A DNA stretch of 56,325 nucleotides, the filler included, from Catajapyx aquilonaris (Eukaryota), in the NCBI GenBank assembly GCA_000934665.2. It is 3 parts of 3 records of this genome, joined end to end, with 100 filler letters (N's around TTAATTAATTAA, not from the genome) between each part and the next. Parts side by side here need not be neighbours in the genome. Positions count along the whole stretch, not along the records: positions 18,798 to 37,531 come from KZ539569.1; 2 more parts are not named here. The stretch is one strand, 5' to 3'. Both the position numbers and the translations under genes were made by a program. The notes below the pieces were generated by a model. It saw only the letters and a program-made list of their open reading frames with translations. It was not told the origin of the DNA and did not search any database. This document shows, in pieces, positions 21,619 through 31,871 of the stretch (the first letter of the stretch is position 1; every line of letters begins with the position of its first letter).

Positions 21619-24600
21619 CTATTGTCGGTAGAGGGTCCATACACAAGTCTGTCCTATTCCTGTTGAACTGACCACGTGGTAACCTTTTTCTTCTAGTTTG
21701 TCCAGAACCACACGTGGAGGAAGTTGTGTCTTGTACACCGGACTGAAAAAAATATGAAAATTTAGGGATACAACAACAAACTGGCATGACATGTCTTCAG
21801 GGATGCAAGGTATTTTGCAACAGGTAACCAGTATCAAGAAAAATCATTGACCAATGTTCACATGAATTCACTTTGTGAGGATACTGCAGAAGTTTGATTC
21901 CAGATAGTATAGTCTCAGATTTTTTACTGTTTCTTTAGCTCATGCTTCTCTCATTTTTGTAAGAATTTGTGTGACTTCTTCCTATGCTAGCAGGTACAGC
22001 AAAAATTCTCATGTCTGAGAGCATGTCCGAAATGAGGATTGTGTGGTTCAAAAAATCCAGAAGAACCAACTTAGTATGATGGAACATTCTGAAGTGATTT
22101 TTATCAACTAAGGATAATAATGGATGCCATGTGATAGGCCTACTTGGTCCTTTTACGCAATTTACGGGATCATCTCTTCAATAACTGACTTTAATAAAAT
22201 TCCCTAGGCTGTGATGGATTTTGATTGTGGGTGGAAATGGGATAACCCCGAGAAAACCCACGCGAATATGGAGAGAACCCATTGCACTTCTTTCCACACA
22301 TGTATCCTCTGTCCAATCTGGGGATCAAACTCAGGACCTCAGAGGTGGAAGGCCTAACCACTACACCACTGTGCTGCCCTGAAGTATTTGGTATTACATA
22401 TGTTTATTTTTCTCTTGACTGCATAATGTGCACCATGTTTTAACTTAACTTTTGCAGCAATTTTGTTTCGAATCAAAATTGGAAGAAGAAGAAAATGAAA
22501 CAAACCCTGAATATTGTGGCACATCTTGTGATTGGGACCTCAAGCTAAGAAAAAAAAAGAAATGACTGCAACTACTTCCACATGGCTTATTTCAGGATTG
22601 TAAATCATTATTTTTGGGGCCGTCCATAATCCGCGCGGACAGATTTTTTCACTTTTTTACCTCCCCCCCTCCCCTTTGCGGACAGAAGCGGACAATATCT
22701 TACCTCCCCCCCTAAAAATTGCGCGGACATGGCCTCCTTGACCCCCCCCCCCCNNNNNNNNNNNNNNNNNNNNNNNNNNNNNNNNNNNNNNNNNNNNNNN
22801 NNNNNNNNNNNNNNNNNNNNNNNNNNNNNNNNNNNNNNNNNNNNNCCCCCCCTTCACTTGTCCGCGCGGATTATGGACGGCCCCTTTATAAATGCATAAT
22901 GTGCACCTAGAGTAATTCTGACTCAAGCTTACTCCCATTCTGTGAAAGTTGTTCCTAATAAAAGTAATAATATTAGTTGAAAAAATGACTCAATTTTTCA
23001 ATATACAGGGTGTTCCAAAAAGGTGTTCCCAGTAAAGAACCAATGCAATTCCGGAAGTATTCCATATATTTTATTCAAATTTGCCGGGAAGGTGGCACAT
23101 AATTATGATCAAGTTTTTGTACAAAAAGTCACACCTCCACATGTCCACCCTGGGGTCGAAGACACAGCTTAAACCGTTCTTCAGCTGCTCGCCAGGTGTA
23201 GCTTGTACGGATACATCTTCAGCATTTTCCGTACGATGCGGTGCATCGAACTCAGTGGGATATCCATCTCCAGGGATCCCTGACGCAAAGACTTCTGCAG
23301 ACTCTTCAACATGGCTTCCCTCACCTGTTCAACACGACAAGTTGCAGGTGGACGCCAAGAGCTCTTGCCATGGACGATGCAGCCTGTCGCTTCGAAACTC
23401 TGGAACCACTTAAGGATGAACTTGTTGGAGGGTGGGTCTTTGCCATTGAGTTGCCGGAACTCTCTTCGCACTCTAGTCACACTTTTCAGTTCAGCGAAAA
23501 AGACTACACACTTTGCTTTTACTGAAGATGTATCTGTACAAGCTATACACCTGGCGAGCTGCTGAAGAACGGTTTAAGCTGTGTCTTCGACGCCAGGGTG
23601 GACATGTGGAGGTGTGACTTTTTGTACAAAAACTTGATCATATGTGCCACCTTCCCTGCAAATTTGAATAAAATATATGGAATACTTCCGGAACTGCATT
23701 GGTTCTTTACTGGGAACACCTTTTTGGAACACCCTGTACTTTCCCTGAGTTACGAAATCATGAGCTTGAACACTTCAATGCAATTTTTTGGTACTTGAAA
23801 TGTCCGCAGCAGGTGCTGGAAACTTTCCAGAATTTTAATTGTCAATTTTATGGAAATACCAATTGATGCCCAACTTTTAGTTGCATAGAGCTATCTGAAA
23901 GTAATATAATTAATAAAATTAATTCTTATTTAAAAATGTGGCAATGTTCAAATGGGTTATTACAATGGAGAAAAATGAAGGTGCACATGCCCCAGTTGCA
24001 TGTTCAAAACGGACCACGAAAGGGACAATGAAAAATGACACCCTACCCAAGAAGGCTCGAGTTGGATAGAATAGGCATTTAAAATATACAGTGTTCCAAG
24101 TTTGTGGGCCATTTTTAGTTAGGAAATTTTGCTCGAATCTGGTATTTTCTGTAGCTTGTTGTGCCCCTAACCATGTGCCATATTCTAAAGCAACTGCTAT
24201 ATTCGACCACCTGAAGTAATGGGGCAACAGGATCAGCAACAAGCTACTAATAAATAAGTACTTCAGGTGATATTAGTGATTTAACTAAAAATTACCCACG
24301 AACTTGGAACACCCTGTATATATAAAGTGTGTCTGAAGTATATGGTTCGCTTTAGTTATAGGAAATTTCACTTGAAGCTGTTATTTTTTTATAGCTTGTT
24401 GCGCCCCGATTGAGGTGACCTATATCCTCCTGAGACCCAAGAAAAACTTTTTAACACAATGTCAGTTCCTGTTGCATTTTCTTAACCAATTGTCAATAAG
24501 AAACTTGAAAAAAATTAGTTCTAAAATATTGACCAAAATAATGACAAAAAAAAGAATGTCCTGTTAGGTCTCAATTGCTGCCACAAAAGCAAAACGGATG

Positions 24601-27600
24601 AATGCTGAAAAGTTCAATGCCATTTAACCCTTTGACGACTACGAACATCATATGATGTCCGAGCTTACATTGCTGGAGGGCCTACGAACATAATTTGATG
24701 TCTTGAGATTTGCCCTGCCAACTTGGGTCATTTTTCAACTCAAAATTCCAACCTCACTGATTTTCTTGAAATTCGGTGCATTGGTAGCCCACCCCAAGGG
24801 ATGACTAATGCACCTATATAGTTACCTGTTCAAAATGATCGTGTGACCCATTTTTGAGGGGGGCAGAGGTCAAATTCCGACCTCACCGATTTTCTTGAAA
24901 TTCAGTGCATTGACATATGCCCCCCTCCAATGTGGGTCACAGGGTCATTTTGATCATGTAATTATAGGTGCGTTTTCATCCCTTGACTACCAATGGATCG
25001 AATTTCAAGAAAATCGGTGAGGTCAGGATTTGACCTCTGCCCCCCTCCAATATGGGTCACAGGGTCATTTTGATCAGGTAACTATACGTATGTGCATTTG
25101 TTATCCCTTGAGGTGGGCTATCAATGGATCGAATTTCAAGAAAATCGGCGAGGTCGGAATTTTATGACTTGACCTCTGCCCTCCTCAAAAATGGGTCACA
25201 AGATCATTTTGATCAGGTAACTATAGGTAATCCAGGCAGTCCGGGGATAATCCGGGCAGTCCGCGGATTATTATTCATTAATATCACTCTTCATCAACTT
25301 TCCGGAAATGGGGAAAAAGAACTCCGGCCCTCGGGTAAGGCAATGGCTCAAAAACTCTGTCGTTCAAAGGTTAATGGGTCACTCACATAGTGCTCTATCC
25401 TCCAAACAATGTTTTTACATTCATTTGTGGAATTCGAGGTAGCAATTCCTCTCAGAAGACAATTAAAGGTAAATATGAAATTATTTTTCAAGGACAAAAC
25501 TTCAGGAATAGGGATTGCTCCTCCCCTTCTTACCTCCCAGCATGCTACCTCACTATTCTAGGTATTAAAACTGAACTGTAGTGCAAAGCACACTACCTTG
25601 TGGGTGTACACTGTACAGGTACAGGAAAGTACAGAAAAGTTACCATCCCATTCGGAGAATTTGTTTTCTTCTTCGAATGTAGATATAATTATTGTTGACA
25701 CAACACCAGGTCTCAGGAGGATAGAGCAACTACTACAGGGTGGTTGTAAAGTAACTGCCTATTGGAAATGTGTAATAAAATTGTCAAATATTGTTCGATT
25801 TTCATGAAACAAGTTTTATTCTGTACCTTACAATGGGAGAATTTAAACTCCCGCCAGTATGCAACTCCACGGCACCAGGTGGCAGCAGCAGTCCCGATAC
25901 CAGTAAAAATGGCGCAGCTGGCGTCCCGTTTTGAAGTCGGGGTCGGTGGTTGAAGTGCAGAGATGGTGGCGATACATACACGGACCTCGTGCCACAGTTC
26001 ATCCGAGGACCATAAAGAACTGCCATTCGAAGCTGATATGGGCGAACCATCGCGGTGCCACGTTTTCCTCTGTCCTCGATGTCGACGGACGACCACTCCT
26101 ATGGCTGTCCATCACGGACCCCGTGCTCATCAGCTTCGAATGGCAGTTCTTTATGGTCCTCGGATGAACTGTGGCACGAGGTCCGTGTATGTATCGCCAC
26201 CATCTCTGCACTTTAACCACCGACCCCCGACTTCAAAACGGGACGCCAGCTGCGCCATTTTTACTGGTATCGGGACTGCTGCTGCCACCTGGGGCCGTGG
26301 AGTTGCATACTGGTGGGAGTTTAAATTCTCCCATTGTAAGGTACAGAATAAAACTTGTTTCATGAAAATCGAGCAATATTTGACAATTTTATTACACATT
26401 TCCAATAGGCAGTTACTTCACAACCACCCTGTATATTCAGCCACTTGGGAATAATTGGGTACCGGTACCTTGATTGGGGTACAACAAGCTATACAAAAAT
26501 AATTACTTCCAACGATATTAGCAATAACTTAAAACGACCCGACATTGGAACACCCTGTATATGTGACTTTTTGATCTCCCCTTGTATGTAACAGGTTTAG
26601 AGGGAGAGAAAAAATATGTGTGCTAGTGCAAGTCTAGGGTCTAAGAAAAAAATACAGGGTGTTCCAAGTTTGCGGGTAGCTTCAGTTATCGGAAACCTCT
26701 CTTGAATAATATTTTTGTGTAGCGTGTGGGGGAGGCAGAGTGGCGCAGTGGTAACACTCACGCTCACAGATAGAAAGGTACTGGGTTTGATCCCAAGCCG
26801 GGTTTTCTCTTTCTCATCTCATGTGGAGTTTCATTGTCTCTGGTTTCACCTCAAGTGGTTCTCTGCTAGACTAACCACCCAGGGGACTCCACAAGATGAC
26901 TCTGCACCAGCCCCCTGCAACTCCTATAATACGGTACTGTAGCACCCTTACAGAGTCTCCGCCCCCATGAATTTGGCACTGCCGGCGCTCTATGTCTACG
27001 GTCACTGAGGCTGTGCTACCATCATCATAAGGCTAGGCTGGGAGTTGAGGGGGGCTGCTCTGCAGCACTCACACCTGCACCTGCATATCTCCCCTCCCAG
27101 CAATCCTCCCTTGCTCGTGGTACCTGGGCATTACAGAAAAGAACCATGCTTGTACGCCATAAAGTAAATAAAGGTACCATGCCAGTTGCCGAATACAGAT
27201 GGTGCACTAACCCAATTATATTATTATAAATTATAATAATAGTTTGTGTATCTTGTTGTGCCCCGATGCAGGTGCCTTACTCACGGGCAACAAGCAACAT
27301 TTAAAAAAAACGTAGGGTGATATCCAGATTAACTAAAAACGACTTTGGTACTTGGAACACCCTGTTTGAAATTTAAAAAATTTCATTCATCCAGTAACAA
27401 CACACAAACACCAATAAAAGGGTCCTTATGCACCCCGTTTTATGGTACAGTCTCATTCATAAAGACTGGGAAGACTCTATGGATGAAATGTTAATCCTGA
27501 TTATCCAGCATTATTCCCAACCTTATTTCGACGAAACCCTATGGACAACCTTTTCTGAACCTCTGGTGACTTGTATGACCCATCCTGATTTTTAAATAAA

Positions 27601-29084
27601 AATTTTAATTGCCAAAATGTTCAACCAGGTGCAATGCGTACGTTGATTTGATGTTCATTCCCCCTAAAATTTTCCTACTTTGGTTTGTTTTTTTCTTCTC
27701 TTTTTTATTTTATTTTGATTCCCTTTTCCCGGACTTCCTCATGACCCCTAAAAACATGCTGGCAACCCAGGCGTTGAGAACAGGATAAATATTTCGTCCA
27801 TATAGTCGTACCATTCGTTATGAACGGTCCTGTACATGGACTTCTCCACACTAGATGTAAGGTGCCTGCATGTAATTGCCAGGCACTTTAATAAAGATAT
27901 CAGCCTACTGTTATACATCATAGATTAACAATATATGCTACATTTTACAAAATTTTAAAGGTGACATTACAGTTCTAGTGGTGTTGCATGCAATGGCAGG
28001 AGGAAGTCAGACTAGTGGAAGTTTCTCTTCTCCAATTGTCTGATAATAATTCTTGGGCCTCAGGGTCTGACTTGGGCCATTTCAACATCACCAAATTCAC
28101 TCTTGAATGGAGTTTGGCATTTTACTGTAGCAGGCTATTGAGATTGTGTTTTCCTTGATTAATCTGCTATTGCCCGCTTTCCCATTAACCCTGGAACCGT
28201 GCCATGGGGTCACTTTGGACCCCAAGGAAAAAAATGCATTAAAATGATAATTACAATGAACTTTTGCCATTTTTTTTACAGTAGCCTACTGTAAAAAAAT
28301 GGCAAAAGTTCATTGTAATTATCATTTTAATGCATTTTTTTCCTTGGGGTCCAAAGTGACCCCATGGCACGGTTCCAGGGTTAATCAGTAGGCCTATGTA
28401 ACAGGAAGTGCAGGTTTATTTTGAATTAGCGATCCTTTTAGGCATTGTTCAAAGAATGATTGTATATAGTCAATACACTGAAAAGTATTATATAATAATT
28501 AATAAAAATTAAAATATGGTGGGGTCCGAAAAGACCCGACGTAGGCACAGCACGGTTCCAGGGTTAATGCATCTTTTACATACCAGTACAATGACAATCA
28601 TTCAAAACCATGTGGTATGCATCAAAGAATGAGGTTCCAAGACTGATGCTACTTACAAAATCAACTATCAAGTCAAAATTAGGTATTTCGGCTGCTAATG
28701 ACCTCACAGCTGAAACAAGATTATGAAAATGTGAAAATGTGCCACAAATAGGAAAACACCTTATTTTTGGTGGCAAACAGAAATGACAACATTGCCATAT
28801 GCGGTGGCTTACTGTTTGCTTCATCAATGTTACACCGGCATCAAGTACTGCACTTCGTACTACGACACAAACTTACAAATTGTTTCCTGGCTCGGTACCC
28901 ATCTGAGCATCCAAGTAGCTCATCAGATTAACGTCAGAGAACTCATCTCCGACGATGGTTGGACCACACTCCTGCAGAACAACAAAAGTACCAATATATC
29001 CCTGAATAAATAGCCCATACCTCATGTTATGTAAGCATGCTTTGTTACCAGTCTGATCTGCGTGGTGACTAGAACATAAGGCAT
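21619..29084 (-). CDS. GCHFR: GTP cyclohydrolase I feedback regulatory protein (GFRP), 3 exons, 84 aa
   Basis: Exons 29084-29049 (MPYVLVTTQIRL), 28971-28877 (ECGPTIVGDEFSDVNLMSYLDAQMGTEPGNN-F) and 21742-21619 (PVYKTQLPPRVVLDKLEEKGYHVVSSTGIGQTCVWTLYRQ*). GT-AG introns of 77 and 7134 nt; phases are consistent; total 255 nt. Confidence 0.95.
22215..22379 (-). mobile_element. tRNA-derived SINE with V-SINE-like central domain
   Basis: Minus strand has A box TGGTGTAGTGG and B box GAGTTTGATCCC, then TGTGTGGA...GTTCTCTCCATATTCGCGTGGGTTTTCTCGGGG...TTTCCACCCACA resembling the V domain. Confidence 0.7.
22616..22884. mobile_element. PIF/Harbinger-like MITE containing an assembly gap (22754-22845)
   Basis: TIRs GGGGCCGTCCATAATCCGCGCGGACA ... 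TGTCCGCGCGGATTATGGACGGCCCC. Confidence 0.75.
23006..23736 (-). mobile_element. Non-autonomous Tc1/mariner element with about 220-bp inverted termini
   Basis: Ends CAGGGTGTTCCAAAAAGG.../...CCTTTTTGGAACACCCTG flanked by TA. Internal transposase N-terminus TRVRREFRQLNGKDPPSNKFILKWFQSFEATGCI...MHRIVRKMLKMYPYK. Confidence 0.9.
24089..24316. mobile_element. About 230-bp Tc1-type MITE (family A)
   Basis: CAGTGTTCCAAGTT ... AACTTGGAACACCCTG with TA flanks; internal TAGCTTGTTGTGCCCC shared with neighbouring copies. Confidence 0.75.
24628..25370. mobile_element. piggyBac-like non-autonomous element with internal about 120-bp repeats in both orientations
   Basis: TTAA-CCCTTTGACGAC ... GTCGTTCAAAGG-TTAA. 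Unit CCTCACCGATTTTCTTGAAATTC... occurs forward at 24746-24915 and inverted in tandem at 24917-25228. Confidence 0.65.
25736..26431. mobile_element. Near-perfect palindromic Tc1/mariner derivative (about 300-bp arms)
   Basis: TA-CAGGGTGGTTG ... CAACCACCCTG-TA. Arms 25736-26037 and 26128-26431. Remnant TGSVMDSHRSGRPSTSRTEENV is typical of mariner-type transposase N-termini. Confidence 0.9.
26655..27364. mobile_element. Family A MITE interrupted by a SINE
   Basis: CAGGGTGTTCCAAGTTT ... CTTGGAACACCCTG. The MITE sequence resumes at about 27251 (TCTTGTTGTGCCCC). Confidence 0.7.
26722..27235 (+). mobile_element. tRNA-derived SINE
   Basis: A box TGGCGCAGTGG, B box GGGTTTGATCCC, AT-rich tail, and an approximate target-site duplication AATAATATTTTTGTGTA / AATAATAGTTTGTGTA. 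Confidence 0.75.
27448..27832. mobile_element. Diverged TA-flanked MITE
   Basis: CAGTCTCATTCATAAAGACTGGGAAGACTCTATGGATGAAATGTTAATCCTG is an imperfect inverse of CAGGATAAATATTTCGTCCATATAGTCGTACCATTCGTTATGAACGGTCCTG. Confidence 0.6.
28185..28567. mobile_element. piggyBac-like MITE with a 200-bp foldback duplication of its left end
   Basis: Left end TTAA-CCCTGGAACCGTGC. Palindrome 28184-28385 centred at 28285 with one indel. A second right end GCACGGTTCCAGGG-TTAA lies at 28550-28567. Confidence 0.8.
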
Positions 29085-29590
29085 AGTTTTCTGTTGCAAT
29101 TTGTATCACTACTAGAAGGTCATGTGCGCTGAGGATAGCTGGGACTTTGTACACGTGTTTGTTTTCCGTTGCCGTCTTTTCGAAGGGGGGTAAAAAAAAG
29201 AAAAGCGGCGTAGATATCTGGCCAGCTGTTTCGCGTGGTGTTTTCAAGAGGCGGCAGCGTGGCTTAACTGTTTGGTGGAGTAGCGGCGAGCACGGCGGCG
29301 AAACTGCAGTGACGGGTTTCTTTGGCGGCGGCGAACTTCGGCGCTTTTTATGATTAGGCCGGTCGAGGAATGGATGTTTGGCTGGTTTGCACTTGACTGT
29401 AGTACTAGTAGTAGTACATCTTTATTATGCACTTGAACATTCATTCCCACCACTCTGCCTTCGCTATAGTTGCATAATATCCCCGGCATTAAATTGTATT
29501 GGACAAATGTAAATTACAGTTCAAAATATAATATTGTGTGCATGTTTTATTAGTATATACAAAAGAAGTAGAAGAATGAATACAATTATT

Positions 29591-30761
29591 TTATTGTCCT
29601 TCTTCTACGACACTGCTCTCTTTTTTGTTTGCTGTAGCAAAAACTTGGCAAATGTCACTTCTGAACCGGTCATTTAAGGCAAAGCAGATCCAAGGTCTGG
29701 ATGCAGCCGGTACAAAATGCAGTAGCAGCAAAAGGTGATTCACTAGCCGAAACCATGGTGGACGGGCATCACTGCTGGAAACCACTAGTTCGTCGACAGT
29801 GACGTAAGAATTCAGCACTTGCCACGGAAACGCCAAGAAGAAGGAGTGAAGAAGAAGCCCCAGGGTCATCCTTCCCATCTGCTGGTCTACTACGTCCTCT
29901 TTTTCTGCAACCTCCACACTGTATTCGTCGTCTTCCTCATGCGAGCGCTTGGGACATACCCTTCTTCGCAGTGCATCGATGGCTGCAGCGGCGATCAGAA
30001 AAAGAGGGACGACATTCTGAAGAGCAGTGCATGTGACGGTGTAGAGAAAGTACTGGAGTGATCGTCCCAGCACGGTGAAATCTTGAAACAGTAGAGCGCA
30101 AGTCACACCTGACGAAACCTGCCAAATAAAGTTTGGTGAGAGACAGTGCGATGCAACTCTAGTCCTGCATAATTCCTCTAGGATCGTATAGGAAATGTCA
30201 GCAGCAGTGATACCACTATTAAAGCAGAGTCTACCATATACTTACACCTTCGTCAAATGATGGTGCTCCTTGAATCTTGAGGTCGCTCATGAGAAAGGCA
30301 GGAACACTGAGCGACACTCCCAGAAGCCATGGTGCTGTCAATGCAAGTGACGAAGAAGCAACTGTAGCTCCAGGGACGGCTCCTAGGCCAAGTCCAGCCA
30401 AAGTGTACGTCGTGACAGTCCATAGCACCACCCATGATGAAGAGTGTACTTTGCACACCCACTTGCCGAACACCCAGACCCCGCTGGATTGGGCCAACAC
30501 CGTGAAGGGTACCACCAGAGCCAGGGTCAGCAGGTCAGTCAGGGAGAGCATCATCAGCCATGAAGAAGTTGAAGACGGCTTGGATTTGGAGGTCGATCGT
30601 CCCAACGGTAGCAGCACCCACAGGAAGAGGATGTTACCCACCACTCCGGCCCCAAGCAGAATGGTCAAATACAAACTGATCACCACTGGCTCTTGAGGTA
30701 ACGAAACCTGTAGCACACTGGCGTTGTCCACAGTCATGTTCCACTCAGACACGTTAGACAT
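29591..30761 (-). CDS. Orphan class A (rhodopsin-like) GPCR, 2 exons, about 347 aa
   Basis: Exon 30761-30246 (N-glycosylation sequons NVS/NMT/NAS, TM1 GVVGNIL, TM2 LSLTDLL...VPF, WVFGKWVCK, TM4 W...SVP) joins in phase 0 to exon 30118-29591 (ECL2 Cys, TM5 NVVPL, TM6 FFLAFPW, TM7 SRPWIC, helix 8 NDRFR). Confidence 0.85.
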
Positions 30762-31840
30762 CGTCTGCGATGTAGGCCCACCAGAAGTCAAGTGAGCACA
30801 TTGGCAGAAGAAAGCCCAAAGCACGACCTACATATGAGTGTGGAACCATATGTGCACTGATCCTTTCCCACGCTGTGACACAGACCCCGAACTTGATACG
30901 TTTGGGCATGAGGGGAGAGCTCCCGAGGAAGAAAAATATATCTCCTTATATTACCACAAGTTGACTCACTACGCGACTACGGATATGACCCTGAATATCA
31001 ACACATCAAATAGTAGGCTACTGCGATAAAGCATTTAAATCCTAGATAGCCTACAGCCTGCTGGTATTTGAACTGGCGATATTCTAGGAGGACAGTATAA
31101 TGCATGGTTGGTATAATGCAAAGGATCTTGCAATGAACTACTGATGTCAAGGCCACGTCACAGCATTTTAAAATGTATATCAACTATGTATTCCACTGTC
31201 CAGAGTTTAAAAAACAACAACTTATACCCCCTATTTAAATACAAACTAGATGTTTAGAGTCGTAGCCTACAGGCCATTTTGGTTAGGTCACGGTATAAGT
31301 TATTTGCTAATATGCTGATAGAATATTATAACAAGTTAGTGTGTTAAATTTTAAAAATCGCGCTAAAGGCAAAAAGAGATCGTTCACCTCTTCCTCAGCC
31401 AGCTGAGAAAGTGACTCAACCCCCATAAAAGCTGCCACGTCATCCACGGCAGTCAAATGCGAAGACATATTTCGAGAAAAACATACCTCCGTATTCTAAC
31501 GGTTTTCTTCTTTAATTTGCCACCAACATAAAATATGAAAATTGTTCTATGATAACAAGACATGCCTGTTTTGTTCCTTCTTTTGGGGTTTTCAAAATAT
31601 TCATTATTTAGGTCAATAAAAATTCATAAGTCTGGCGAAATATGGGGTTTTAACTGCAGAGATGTAAACATAATTTTAAAATTGCAACAAGGAGCCCCAA
31701 ATCGGTCATTCTCTTTTTAATGGAACTTGGAAGTAACCTATTATAATTTTCCCCTGACTTGTGACTCAGAAAATTGGAAAACACGAACGCCCATGGTCAT
31801 TTGCACTTAGAATATTAGATTCATATTCTGAACTAACGTA

Positions 31841-31871
31841 TAATAATAATAATAATAACAATAACAATAAC
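31841..31871. repeat. (AAT/AAC)n microsatellite
   Basis: TAATAATAATAATAATAACAATAACAATAAC. Confidence 0.9.

Larger units (their letters stand above)
24324..26557. mobile_element. Family A MITE split by about 2 kb of nested insertions
   Basis: Left half at 24324-24420 (TTTAGTTATAGGAAATTT...TAGCTTGTTGCGCCCC); right half at 26460-26557 (GGGGTACAACAAGCTA...TTGGAACACCCTG-TA). Confidence 0.6.

Noticed and set aside
21619..21837. 72-aa ORF as a standalone gene
   Set aside because: Only 21742-21619 is coding (GCHFR exon 3); the upstream part is intron with a pyrimidine tract and AG.
26730..26805. tRNA gene
   Set aside because: A and B boxes are present, but no convincing cloverleaf. It continues into a body with an AT-rich tail and TSD, so it is a SINE head.
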